This document shows positions 7,284-15,658 of a DNA stretch of 17,088 nt, in pieces (position 1 is the first letter of the stretch; each line of letters begins with the position of its first letter). The notes below the pieces were generated by a model that ran no database searches, was not told the origin of the DNA, and saw nothing but the letters and a program-made list of their open reading frames with translations. The stretch covers positions 1 to 17,088 of the forward strand of contig JBDRKX010000008.1 of NCBI GenBank assembly GCA_043813605.1. Direction: 5' to 3'. Both the position numbers and the translations under genes were made by a program. This DNA comes from Elusimicrobiota bacterium. Its GTDB lineage: Bacteria > CG03 > SLGR01 > JBDRKX01.

Positions 7284-8877
7284 TCTGAAGGCAATACTTG
7301 CGGCTTTACTCGTTTTATCGGCCGGATGCGCTACGATGGGCCGCCGTGACTCATTTGATTCTTATGCAAAGATAGCGTTCATAGAAAACCTGATATCCGG
7401 GGCCCGCGAGGAATATAACAGCGGGAACATATCAGGATGCAGAAAACACTGTGATAAAGCGATCCATGAACTTTTTGAATCAAGGGACAATATTTATGAA
7501 AGCGAGTATGAAAGGTTACATTCTGAAACAGCACTCATTAGGATCAAAGCGAATCAATCCCGCCAATCGGCAGCTTCTACGATAAAGAGCGATCTTTTTC
7601 CGCTTGTCTGGAACAACAGAGTTGAAAAGTGGATAAATTATTATACCGGAAGAGGCAGACAGGATCTCGTACGCTGTATCGAAAGATCCTCCATGTACAT
7701 ACACCATATCGAAAAAATACTCCTTGAACAGGAGGTACCGCACGATCTTCTTTATGTGCCGATCGTTGAATCCGGATATCATCCTTTTGCGAAATCTAAA
7801 GTAGAGGCCGTAGGATTGTGGCAGTTCATGAAAACCACGGCACAATTGAACGGACTTAAAATAGACGATTGGGTCGATGAAAGAAGAGATCCTATCAAAG
7901 CGACTATGGCTGCCTGCAAGCTCTTGAAGGAGCTCTACAACAGATTCGGTACATGGGAACTCGCTCTGGCCGCTTATAACTACGGGCCTCAAGGTGTCTC
8001 CCGCCGTATCAAGAAGTGGGAAACCAATGATTACTGGGAAATGTATCTACCACGCGAAACTGAAAACTTTGTCCCTAAGATAATGGCAGTAATATTCATC
8101 ATGCGTGAACCCGGGCTTTTCGGTTTCAAAAAACCCTTAGAAACCGGTGAGCGTATCTGGACGGAATACACCGTTAAAGATGCAGTGGATCTCAGAAAGA
8201 TAGCTGAATGGTGCGGAGCTGATATTGAAAATATACAGCATCTCAATCCTGAACTAACACAGATGTGTACACCGCCGGAAAAGGACTACATCGTCAGGAT
8301 ACCGTCCAAATCGTTCGATAAGTTCACGCAGAATTTCGATACCTGTTCCGATGAAGAGAAATATCTTTCAAAAAAAGAACTTAACAGGAGAGCCCGGCGT
8401 ACGGTGTTCTACAGGGTACAAATAGGAGACAATCTCTGGAACATAGCAAGAAAATTCAGGGTTACTACTTCACAGATAAGAAGATGGAATAATCTTTCTT
8501 CCGATATTATTTATCCGCGCCAGAAACTTATGATATCTCCTGCAGGCGGCTCGCATAACGCTGAATACACCGCTGTCTCGGTATACAAGGTCGAGAGTGG
8601 AGATTCTCTCGGTAAAATAGCTAAAAAATTCGGTACTACAGTAAGCAGTCTCAAGACTGTAAATGAACTCGGAACAGATATCATACGTCCGGGACAGGAA
8701 CTCAAAATCACGGCTAACGGCGATGCGGTATATTACATGGTCAGGCAAGGAGACACATTGTCCAAAATAGCAGAACAATTCAAAGTCAGCCTTAATAATC
8801 TCAAGGAATGGAATAAACTCACAGAAAGTGCCATATTTCCGCAACAAAAACTAGTCATATATAAACATGGCATTTGA
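7258..8877 (+). CDS. mltD: MltD-like lytic murein transglycosylase lipoprotein with LysM repeats
   Basis: Lipobox LSAGC; SLT motifs IVESG, AVGLWQFM, DERRDP, ALAAYNYG, LPRETENFVPK; three clear C-terminal LysM domains (GDNLWNIA, GDSLGKIA, GDTLSKIA). Start may be 7270. Confidence 0.92.
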   Translation: MTVKMTITDLKAILAALLVLSAGCATMGRRDSFDSYAKIAFIENLISGAREEYNSGNISGCRKHCDKAIHELFESRDNIYESEYERLHSETALIRIKANQSRQSAASTIKSDLFPLVWNNRVEKWINYYTGRGRQDLVRCIERSSMYIHHIEKILLEQEVPHDLLYVPIVESGYHPFAKSKVEAVGLWQFMKTTAQLNGLKIDDWVDERRDPIKATMAACKLLKELYNRFGTWELALAAYNYGPQGVSRRIKKWETNDYWEMYLPRETENFVPKIMAVIFIMREPGLFGFKKPLETGERIWTEYTVKDAVDLRKIAEWCGADIENIQHLNPELTQMCTPPEKDYIVRIPSKSFDKFTQNFDTCSDEEKYLSKKELNRRARRTVFYRVQIGDNLWNIARKFRVTTSQIRRWNNLSSDIIYPRQKLMISPAGGSHNAEYTAVSVYKVESGDSLGKIAKKFGTTVSSLKTVNELGTDIIRPGQELKITANGDAVYYMVRQGDTLSKIAEQFKVSLNNLKEWNKLTESAIFPQQKLVIYKHGI

Positions 8878-11593
8878 ATTGGTAACCGGTTATCCGGCTT
8901 CCGGAAAAAAAGAACATCTCAAAAAAAAGATAATCGAATCACTGAAAGCGGAAAGGAAACCTGAAGAGATACTCGTACTTACAAATTCGGCTGCTGCCGC
9001 AGACGAAATACGTTCTTCTGTCATTGAACATCTCGGTTCCTTCAGTGAACTGTGGATAGAAACCGTATCTTCTTTCTGCAAGAAGATACTGAGAGGGAAC
9101 AGCACCGCAGCAGGGATCAGACCGGGATTCAAAGTTATAAGCGATTTTGAAAAAAGGCTTATAATAAGAACACTTCTAAAAAGAGAGCTGGACCTGTCTT
9201 ACTTTGTCTCAGGCCCGTGCGAAGACGGACTGGTCAGGGAGATCTCTAATTTTATCGATACGGCAAAAAGGAATCCAGGATGGAAAGAGAATATAAAAAA
9301 AACCGGGAAAACTGATAACCCGAAATACCGGGATCTGATCCTTATATCAGAAATGTATCAGCAACTGCTCAATTTATCAAACTACCTGGATTTTGTGGAT
9401 CTTTCCATATATACAAGATCGCTTATATCGAATAATCCTGGCCTTTTGGGTTTTATGGAAATATTTTCATACCAGACAGAAGACATGGACACAATAGCTG
9501 CCGATATAATAATGTTATTGTCTGCTGAAGCCGAACAGGTAATAGTATCTATTGACAGGACTTCATCAATATACTCTTTTAGAGGAGCTCAGCCGGACTA
9601 CTTTATATCTGAATTCAAAAAAAAATTCGATACTCCGGAAACGCATTTAAATCCGGATAAACCTCCTGTAACCGAATCCCTTATTGAAAAAAAGACCAGA
9701 TACGAACAGGCGGAAGCCGTAGCGACACATATAGCCTGCAGGATAAGATCCGGCATTTCACCCGGGGATATAGCGCTGATATCCCGTTCAGTAGGTGAAG
9801 ACCTGAGCGTTTTTACTGACGCTCTCAGGAACAGGGGCATCAACTATCTCCTTGAAGGCGGCATAGGTTTTTTTAAGCATTATGAGATAGTCGAATTTAT
9901 GTCATTCTTGAACGTAATACACGAGACTTACAGCACTTCCGACTCTCAACTTTCCAGGACGCTGTTACTTACTGGGACATTCTCCGAAGAAGAACTCAAC
10001 ATACTGAGGGAGGTATCTTATAAATCCGGCTACAGCCTCGCGCATACACTGGAACAAGAAAGAAAAGCCGCATACCGCAGCTTTATGGATACTATCAGTT
10101 CTCTTAAAAAGAGGGCTTCTGAAGAACCTGCGGATGCATTTATCTATTTTATCATGGATGAATACAAATTCATTAAGAGGGCTTCCCTAAACGAACTCTG
10201 CGCAACATTATACGGTTACTTTTTTCAAATCGTAAAAGAATATGCATCTCACTATGAAAACCTGAACAAGAAAAAACTATATTTCAATGAATTTATGGAA
10301 AACATATATGAACTCCTCAGCAGTTTCGGTAAAGATATCGACATACCGTTTGTTTTGAGCCAGAAAGCTGTAAGGATCATGACGGTACAACAGTCCAAGG
10401 GGCGTACCTTTAAGACAGCTTATCTTGTAGATATGACTGATGAAGATTTCCCGAGACCTTATTCAGAGAATCCTTTAATCAGTACAGAGGACCATATTAC
10501 ATTGGGGATATTCCCGGTACCGGGAATCGAACAGCAGTATGAATCTGAAAAGCGTTTGTTTGAAGTGGCACGGACAAGAGCGGAATATGAAACAGTATTC
10601 TCGAGATACAGTATTTCCGCGAGCGGTGCACTTGTTTCTGCTTCCCAGTTTATCTCTGACCGGGAACCTGAATCCGCTGAGCATGAGATATCCGAAGCTC
10701 TCATAGATGAAAAGGATCTCCTTATCAGGATATTCGAGAATACGGACCTCATATTAAATAACGGTCTTCTCTCCGGTGTAACCGGGGACCGCTTAAACAG
10801 GATTAACAGGCTTACTGCCGGCAGGTATGAAGATATATCCGATAAGGTCACGGCGGCAATACCCGGAGTATTCTCCTCTTCAATGCTCGAATGCTTTTCA
10901 GATTGTCCTGAAAAATTCTTCATGAGGTATATCCTGGGGATCAGCGAGCCGCAGCAACCCGCGAGTATGCTCGGTAACGGCGTACACAGGATCCTGTACA
11001 AACTGCATTCAGATCAAACTGGTCCCGGACGGGAGAATGATATAAATAAATTAATAGATGATGTATGGAAAGAACTTCGTTTCTATTCGGAATTCGAGAG
11101 CCGGAATCTCCGCCGGACAGCAGTGAGAATGATCGAAAACTATTTGAGCATACTAGATACAGAAACTTTCGAAGTGTTGTCTTGTGAAAATGATTTCAAG
11201 ACTTCTTATAACGGCAAGGATATCAAAGGCAGGATAGACAGGACAGACCGGCTCGCTGATAAAGAGATCCGGGTTGTTGATTATAAATCAGGCAAAGCCG
11301 CTAAAATGGAAAAAGCGCTGTTGTCCGCAGTAGAGAAAGGACGCAACTACCAGATACCCGTTTACTGGTGGGCGACTGCGTGCAGGTATATGATGATATA
11401 CTGGCTCCGGAAAGAACCTGACAAGATGACTGCATTACTTGATTTTGAGGATAACAACGTATTGGAAACAATGAAATCAGCTGAAACTAATTTTAGGAAA
11501 ATGACCGCTTTGATAGAAGAAGGTTTATTCAGCCAGGACCCGCTAGAGGTCAACAACTGCAGGAATTGTAATTTTAGAAAAATATGCAACTGA
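8867..11593 (+). CDS. AdnA/AddB-like subunit: degenerate UvrD-like motor plus PD-(D/E)XK nuclease
   Basis: Degenerate Walker A (GYPASGKK) and Walker B (SYQTED); retained IYSFRGA, IMTVQQSKG and EKRLFEVARTRA; nuclease motifs KGRIDRTD, VVDYKSG, YQIPVY; Cys motif DCP...CxxCx5C. Confidence 0.88.
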   Translation: MAFELVTGYPASGKKEHLKKKIIESLKAERKPEEILVLTNSAAAADEIRSSVIEHLGSFSELWIETVSSFCKKILRGNSTAAGIRPGFKVISDFEKRLIIRTLLKRELDLSYFVSGPCEDGLVREISNFIDTAKRNPGWKENIKKTGKTDNPKYRDLILISEMYQQLLNLSNYLDFVDLSIYTRSLISNNPGLLGFMEIFSYQTEDMDTIAADIIMLLSAEAEQVIVSIDRTSSIYSFRGAQPDYFISEFKKKFDTPETHLNPDKPPVTESLIEKKTRYEQAEAVATHIACRIRSGISPGDIALISRSVGEDLSVFTDALRNRGINYLLEGGIGFFKHYEIVEFMSFLNVIHETYSTSDSQLSRTLLLTGTFSEEELNILREVSYKSGYSLAHTLEQERKAAYRSFMDTISSLKKRASEEPADAFIYFIMDEYKFIKRASLNELCATLYGYFFQIVKEYASHYENLNKKKLYFNEFMENIYELLSSFGKDIDIPFVLSQKAVRIMTVQQSKGRTFKTAYLVDMTDEDFPRPYSENPLISTEDHITLGIFPVPGIEQQYESEKRLFEVARTRAEYETVFSRYSISASGALVSASQFISDREPESAEHEISEALIDEKDLLIRIFENTDLILNNGLLSGVTGDRLNRINRLTAGRYEDISDKVTAAIPGVFSSSMLECFSDCPEKFFMRYILGISEPQQPASMLGNGVHRILYKLHSDQTGPGRENDINKLIDDVWKELRFYSEFESRNLRRTAVRMIENYLSILDTETFEVLSCENDFKTSYNGKDIKGRIDRTDRLADKEIRVVDYKSGKAAKMEKALLSAVEKGRNYQIPVYWWATACRYMMIYWLRKEPDKMTALLDFEDNNVLETMKSAETNFRKMTALIEEGLFSQDPLEVNNCRNCNFRKICN

Positions 11594-14496
11594 TTGATAC
11601 CCTTATAGAACAACTGACAGTTGAACAGAAAAAGGCTGTTCATGCGCCGCCAGGTGAATTTATCGTTAAGGCAGGTGCCGGCACAGGTAAAACCCGGGTT
11701 CTCATTGCACGATATCTCAAGATATATACTGAGGCAGTTTCCGGAGGCCTGCTGCCGGAAGATATCTGCTCTTCTATTCTGACTGTAACATTTACAAAAA
11801 AAGCCGCAAAAGAGATGTCTGACCGCTTGTCGGAATATATCCCTATGGATATTCTTAGATACAGTAATATAATGACAATCGACGCTTTCTGCAGCCGGTT
11901 CCTGAAAGATAACTCTTTTGCCGTCGGAATCGATCCTGATTTTACCGTTCTGGATGAAATAGAATCCAGACTGCTGTTCAGAAAAACAGGCATAGATATA
12001 CTTGAAAATGAGGTTGACTGTCCTGTAGATTTTGAATTAACGAGAGAAGTTTTTCTAAACGAAGCCTATTCTCTTATCGGACGGCTCAAACATAAACTGA
12101 TATCCGTTGATGAGTTTGCCTCATCAACAGATGATAACAGGGATATTCATCTGATCATATCAAAACTCTATAAGAACTACGAGAGGCACCTCATGAAAGA
12201 CAATCTTATGGATTTCGGGAAACTGCTTTTTTTAACCTATAATGTACTGACCGAAGAATCCCCTCATAATACCCGTATTAAAAAAAACCTCCAGGAGAAG
12301 TACAAGTATGTCCTGGTAGATGAATACCAGGATACCAATAGCGCTCAGATAGATCTACTTAAACTTATTGCAGAGCCGCAGAACAATTATTACGTAGTAG
12401 GCGATGAAAAACAGTCGATATACGGCTTCCGCGGTGCCGAATCATCCTGTATAGTGGAATCATACAGACAACTGCCTGAAGAACGCAAAGTATTTTTAAA
12501 AAACAATTTCAGATCACCGGAACCGATACCGGCCCTGGTAAACTCTGTATTCAGCAAGATCGTAGCTGACTACGAACCGATAGAAAGTTCTGTCTCCGGG
12601 AAAGCCGATATTGAACTCTTTCTTGATAACACAAGAGAACTGGAAGCGGATTTTATAGCCAGGCGTATCAGGAAATTCCTTGATTCAGGATATAAGCATG
12701 ATGAAATAGTTGTTCTCCTTCGCGGAGTGAAAAACAGCCGTGCTTATGAAGAGGCTCTCAAATCAGCAGGAATACCTACAGTAACTACGGGCGGTTCAGG
12801 ATTCTATCATCAACCTGAGATAAAAGATATAATCGCGATTTTATCAATTATCGATAATGCTTACCGCGACAAGGAACTAGTCAGAATGCTCCGTTCTCCA
12901 GCATTTAAAGTAAAAAACTCCGAGCTTGCCGAACTTGCTGAAACGAAAGGAAAAGGCGGATACCTCTATCATGCTGCAAAAACCAGTTCAAATAAAAAGA
13001 TACAGGAAGCTGTCGGTTTTATAAAATATTTCAGCAGTATAAAGAACAGGCTCTCTCTTGTTGAATTTATAAATGAAGTCATTGAAAAGAGCTCTCTGCT
13101 CTATAGTGCTGTTTCAGGTCCGGGCGGCAAACATTCAAGAGCGATGTCCAACCTGATAAAATTTATTGAGATCGCAAGAAAGTTCACCAAAAGCAATACT
13201 TTTGCAGCTCTCTCGGATTTCACAGATTACCTGAACCTGCTGGATGAGATAGATATAGCGGAAACAGAAGCAAGACCCAGGGCAGAAGGCGTCGTCAATA
13301 TAATGTCCATACACCAGGCAAAAGGCCTCGAGTTCCCGGTTGTATTCGTCTCTAATATTGCACCGCTTAATTTTCCGTCAGGAAGGATGACAGACAAGTT
13401 CCATTTCCTGAAAAGCTCAGGACTGGTATTGAAAGACGACGAAAAAAACTCGGTTTTCAAAAGAACCATCGACCCTTTGCTGAATGACCTTCATAACCAG
13501 GAAGAGAGAAGGCTACTCTACGTAGCAATGACAAGGTCCAAGAAACACCTTATTCTTACAGGGTTCACAAATTCAAAAAACAAGATATCCAGATACATGG
13601 AATACTTCCTGGAAAAAGACACAGACGGGTACTTGATCCGTCCGGAACTGAGGGGGTTCATTAAAAGAACGGCACCGTTACCGGAGGAGGAATCATCACC
13701 GGTATGTGATTATAACACCGATAAAAGAACCGAAAAAATCCTGCGAGATACACCTGAATACCTGGGGCTCCCGTCTTTCCCCAAAAGACCGGATATAAGA
13801 ACCGAATTCTCTGTAACCGAGTTGGACAGTTATGCCCGATGTCCCATGTCATACTACTTCAGGTACCGCTTAAAGTTACCTGAATCGCCCCGTTCAGACA
13901 TTTTTTCCCCGACGCTCTTCGGCACTGCTGTACACAAAACACTTGAGCTTTTATTTACCGATGGATTGTCAGGAAACACCGTATCGATAAAGGAAAAAAT
14001 ATCTGAGATCATATTATCTACAGGTGTTTCCAGCGACTCATATAAACAGCATTATAGGCTGTATACGGAAAAAATATCGGGAAATATAACTGCTTCAGGC
14101 ATACTGGTTTCTGATTATGACGCGATTTTAACGGAAAAACCATTCTTCCTGAAAATAGGTGATTCTTACATAAAAGGCACTATAGACAGGATAGATACCG
14201 GTATGAAAGGAGCAAGACTTATCGATTACAAAACTTCGGATAAAAAGCCGGATATATCGCGCTGCCTGCTACAGATGGGTATATACAAAAAAGCTGCTGA
14301 ACAGGTTTTCAGCCTTAAAGTAACAGAATGTGCGGTCTATTTCGCCATAAAAAACAAGATACTGAAAGCGCCAGCTCAGCCGTACCTGGATATAAAGATC
14401 AAAAGTATTTTGAACGGCCTGAAAAATCATATATATTTCCCATTGCCGGGACATCAATGTTCATATTGTCCATACAGTAAACTTTGCGGTAAATAG
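11584..14496 (+). CDS. AdnB/AddA-like subunit: UvrD-family (SF1A) helicase plus PD-(D/E)XK nuclease
   Basis: Intact AGAGTGKT, TFTKKAA, VDEYQD, VGDEKQSIYGFRGA, NNFRS, SIHQAKGLEF and EERRLLYVAMTR; nuclease motifs KGTIDRID, IDYKTS, LQMGIY; Cys motif RCP...CxxCx5C. Confidence 0.93.
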   Translation: MQLIDTLIEQLTVEQKKAVHAPPGEFIVKAGAGTGKTRVLIARYLKIYTEAVSGGLLPEDICSSILTVTFTKKAAKEMSDRLSEYIPMDILRYSNIMTIDAFCSRFLKDNSFAVGIDPDFTVLDEIESRLLFRKTGIDILENEVDCPVDFELTREVFLNEAYSLIGRLKHKLISVDEFASSTDDNRDIHLIISKLYKNYERHLMKDNLMDFGKLLFLTYNVLTEESPHNTRIKKNLQEKYKYVLVDEYQDTNSAQIDLLKLIAEPQNNYYVVGDEKQSIYGFRGAESSCIVESYRQLPEERKVFLKNNFRSPEPIPALVNSVFSKIVADYEPIESSVSGKADIELFLDNTRELEADFIARRIRKFLDSGYKHDEIVVLLRGVKNSRAYEEALKSAGIPTVTTGGSGFYHQPEIKDIIAILSIIDNAYRDKELVRMLRSPAFKVKNSELAELAETKGKGGYLYHAAKTSSNKKIQEAVGFIKYFSSIKNRLSLVEFINEVIEKSSLLYSAVSGPGGKHSRAMSNLIKFIEIARKFTKSNTFAALSDFTDYLNLLDEIDIAETEARPRAEGVVNIMSIHQAKGLEFPVVFVSNIAPLNFPSGRMTDKFHFLKSSGLVLKDDEKNSVFKRTIDPLLNDLHNQEERRLLYVAMTRSKKHLILTGFTNSKNKISRYMEYFLEKDTDGYLIRPELRGFIKRTAPLPEEESSPVCDYNTDKRTEKILRDTPEYLGLPSFPKRPDIRTEFSVTELDSYARCPMSYYFRYRLKLPESPRSDIFSPTLFGTAVHKTLELLFTDGLSGNTVSIKEKISEIILSTGVSSDSYKQHYRLYTEKISGNITASGILVSDYDAILTEKPFFLKIGDSYIKGTIDRIDTGMKGARLIDYKTSDKKPDISRCLLQMGIYKKAAEQVFSLKVTECAVYFAIKNKILKAPAQPYLDIKIKSILNGLKNHIYFPLPGHQCSYCPYSKLCGK

Positions 14497-14582
14497 CGAC
14501 ACGAAAGGCCTTATTCAGTGAATACAAAACCCGTTATTTTGCACATCTTATAACTGATCTCAACCTGCGCCTGATAGACAGA

Positions 14583-14613
14583 TTGACAAAGACTTCTTAA
14601 TTTGTTATATAAA
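14583..14613 (+). promoter_or_regulatory. Putative promoter for the secG-tRNA-thrS region
   Basis: Consensus -35 TTGACA (14583-14588) with an AT-rich -10 region TGTTATATAAA (14603-14613); exact -10 register uncertain. Confidence 0.55.
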
Positions 14614-14621
14614 ACATTACT

Positions 14622-14942
14622 ATGTATTCTTTAATGATAGCAGTTCATGTAATAGTCAGCGTTTTGCTGATCCTGATCATACTCCTTCAGCAGGGTAGCG
14701 GAGGGGGGTTGTCCGGTATGTTTGGCGGAGGCGGAGGTGTTGATGATATGCTTTCTTCACCGAGCGGTGATCTTTTCTTAAGGAAAGTGACAGTTACTCT
14801 TGTGGTCGCTTTCTTTCTTTCATCCCTCATTATGGCTGTAAGGACAGCTCATAGATCTTCCAGCAGTCTTCTTCAGAATATACCTATACAGGCTCCGGCC
14901 GATGGATCAGGCAGTCAACCGGTTTCCATACCGGATGAATAA
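14622..14942 (+). CDS. secG: Preprotein translocase subunit SecG
   Basis: Two TM helices joined by LLQQGSGGGLSGMFGGGG, then LRKVT; followed by tRNA-Leu as in the conserved secG-leuU arrangement. Confidence 0.95.
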   Translation: MYSLMIAVHVIVSVLLILIILLQQGSGGGLSGMFGGGGGVDDMLSSPSGDLFLRKVTVTLVVAFFLSSLIMAVRTAHRSSSSLLQNIPIQAPADGSGSQPVSIPDE

Positions 14943-14978
14943 CGGCAGAAGTTTTTAATATTTATTGAAAAAATTATA

Positions 14979-15063
14979 GCCGAGGTGGTGAAATTGGCAG
15001 ACACGCATGGTTAAGGACCATGTGGGTAACTCCTTGCGGGTTCAAGTCCCGCCCTCGGCACCA
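14979..15063 (+). tRNA. tRNA-Leu, anticodon AAG
   Basis: Acceptor GCCGAGG/CCTCGGC-A-CCA, anticodon stem CATGG/CCATG around loop TTAAGGA (anticodon 15013-15015), long variable arm, T-loop TTCAAGT; 85 nt. Confidence 0.93.
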
Positions 15064-15224
15064 GATTTAAAGAAAAAGGGACTTGAAGGGAATCTTTCGC
15101 ATCCGGTGGATGAAGAAGCCGGAGGCTGTCAGAAAGATTCCCCGGTTTCGAAAGAGCGGGAGGATCTGGAGCGAAAGAGAAAAAGTCCCGCCCTCGGCAC
15201 CAGATTTAAAGAAAAAGGGACTTG
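15044..15224 (+). repeat. 42-bp perfect direct repeat (tRNA-Leu 3' end plus downstream bases; attL/attR-like) flanking a 97-bp structured insert
   Basis: AAGTCCCGCCCTCGGCACCAGATTTAAAGAAAAAGGGACTTG at 15044-15085 and 15183-15224. Confidence 0.92.
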
Positions 15225-15235
15225 GGAGTTAAAAT

Positions 15236-15427
15236 ATGAAAGGTCTTATTATATCCGGTATTTTTTTAGGGGTTATCTGTTCACTCGTATCCGTAATACT
15301 CGTTTTGAGCGGAGGAAAACTTCTGGCAGTAGCTGAAGGTTGGTCACGGGCTGCCAGTCTTTCTTTTCTTTTTTCGATTTCCTGCTCGCTGCTTCCTTCC
15401 GAAGGAAACGGCGGATCTGATAAATAG
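15236..15427 (+). CDS. Small hypothetical membrane protein (63 aa)
   Basis: SD GGGAG at 15224-15228, two hydrophobic segments, fills the gap before tRNA-Cys. Confidence 0.6.
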   Translation: MKGLIISGIFLGVICSLVSVILVLSGGKLLAVAEGWSRAASLSFLFSISCSLLPSEGNGGSDK

Positions 15428-15436
15428 AATTACGAA

Positions 15437-15513
15437 GGCGCGGTACCCAAGTGGCCTAAGGGGACGGTTTGCAAAACCGCTATTCGTCGGTTCGAATCCG
15501 ACCCGTGCCTCCA
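15437..15513 (+). tRNA. tRNA-Cys (GCA)
   Basis: Acceptor GGCGCGG/CCGTGCC, U73 discriminator and CCA, anticodon loop TTGCAAA, T-arm GTCGG-TTCGAAT-CCGAC. Confidence 0.95.
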
Positions 15514-15543
15514 TTATTATTCTTTAATGGGAATTTTGTTTGG

Positions 15544-15620
15544 GGGCGGTTAGCTCAGCTGGTTAGAGTGCTTGCTCGACAAGCAAGAGGTCACTGGTTC
15601 AAATCCAGTACCGCCCACCA
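15544..15620 (+). tRNA. tRNA-Val (GAC)
   Basis: Acceptor GGGCGGT/ACCGCCC-A-CCA, anticodon stem CTTGC/GCAAG with loop TCGACAA, T-arm ACTGG-TTCAAAT-CCAGT. Confidence 0.94.
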
Positions 15621-15658
15621 TTTTGGCATCGCGGGTAAATTTAAAAGAATATTTTATT

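Noticed and set aside
8401..8860. Repeated sequence blocks at the end of mltD
   Set aside because: Ordinary LysM domain repeats.
15044..15224. CRISPR array
   Set aside because: Only two copies, the repeat derives from a tRNA end, the 97-bp spacer is too long, and there are no cas genes.
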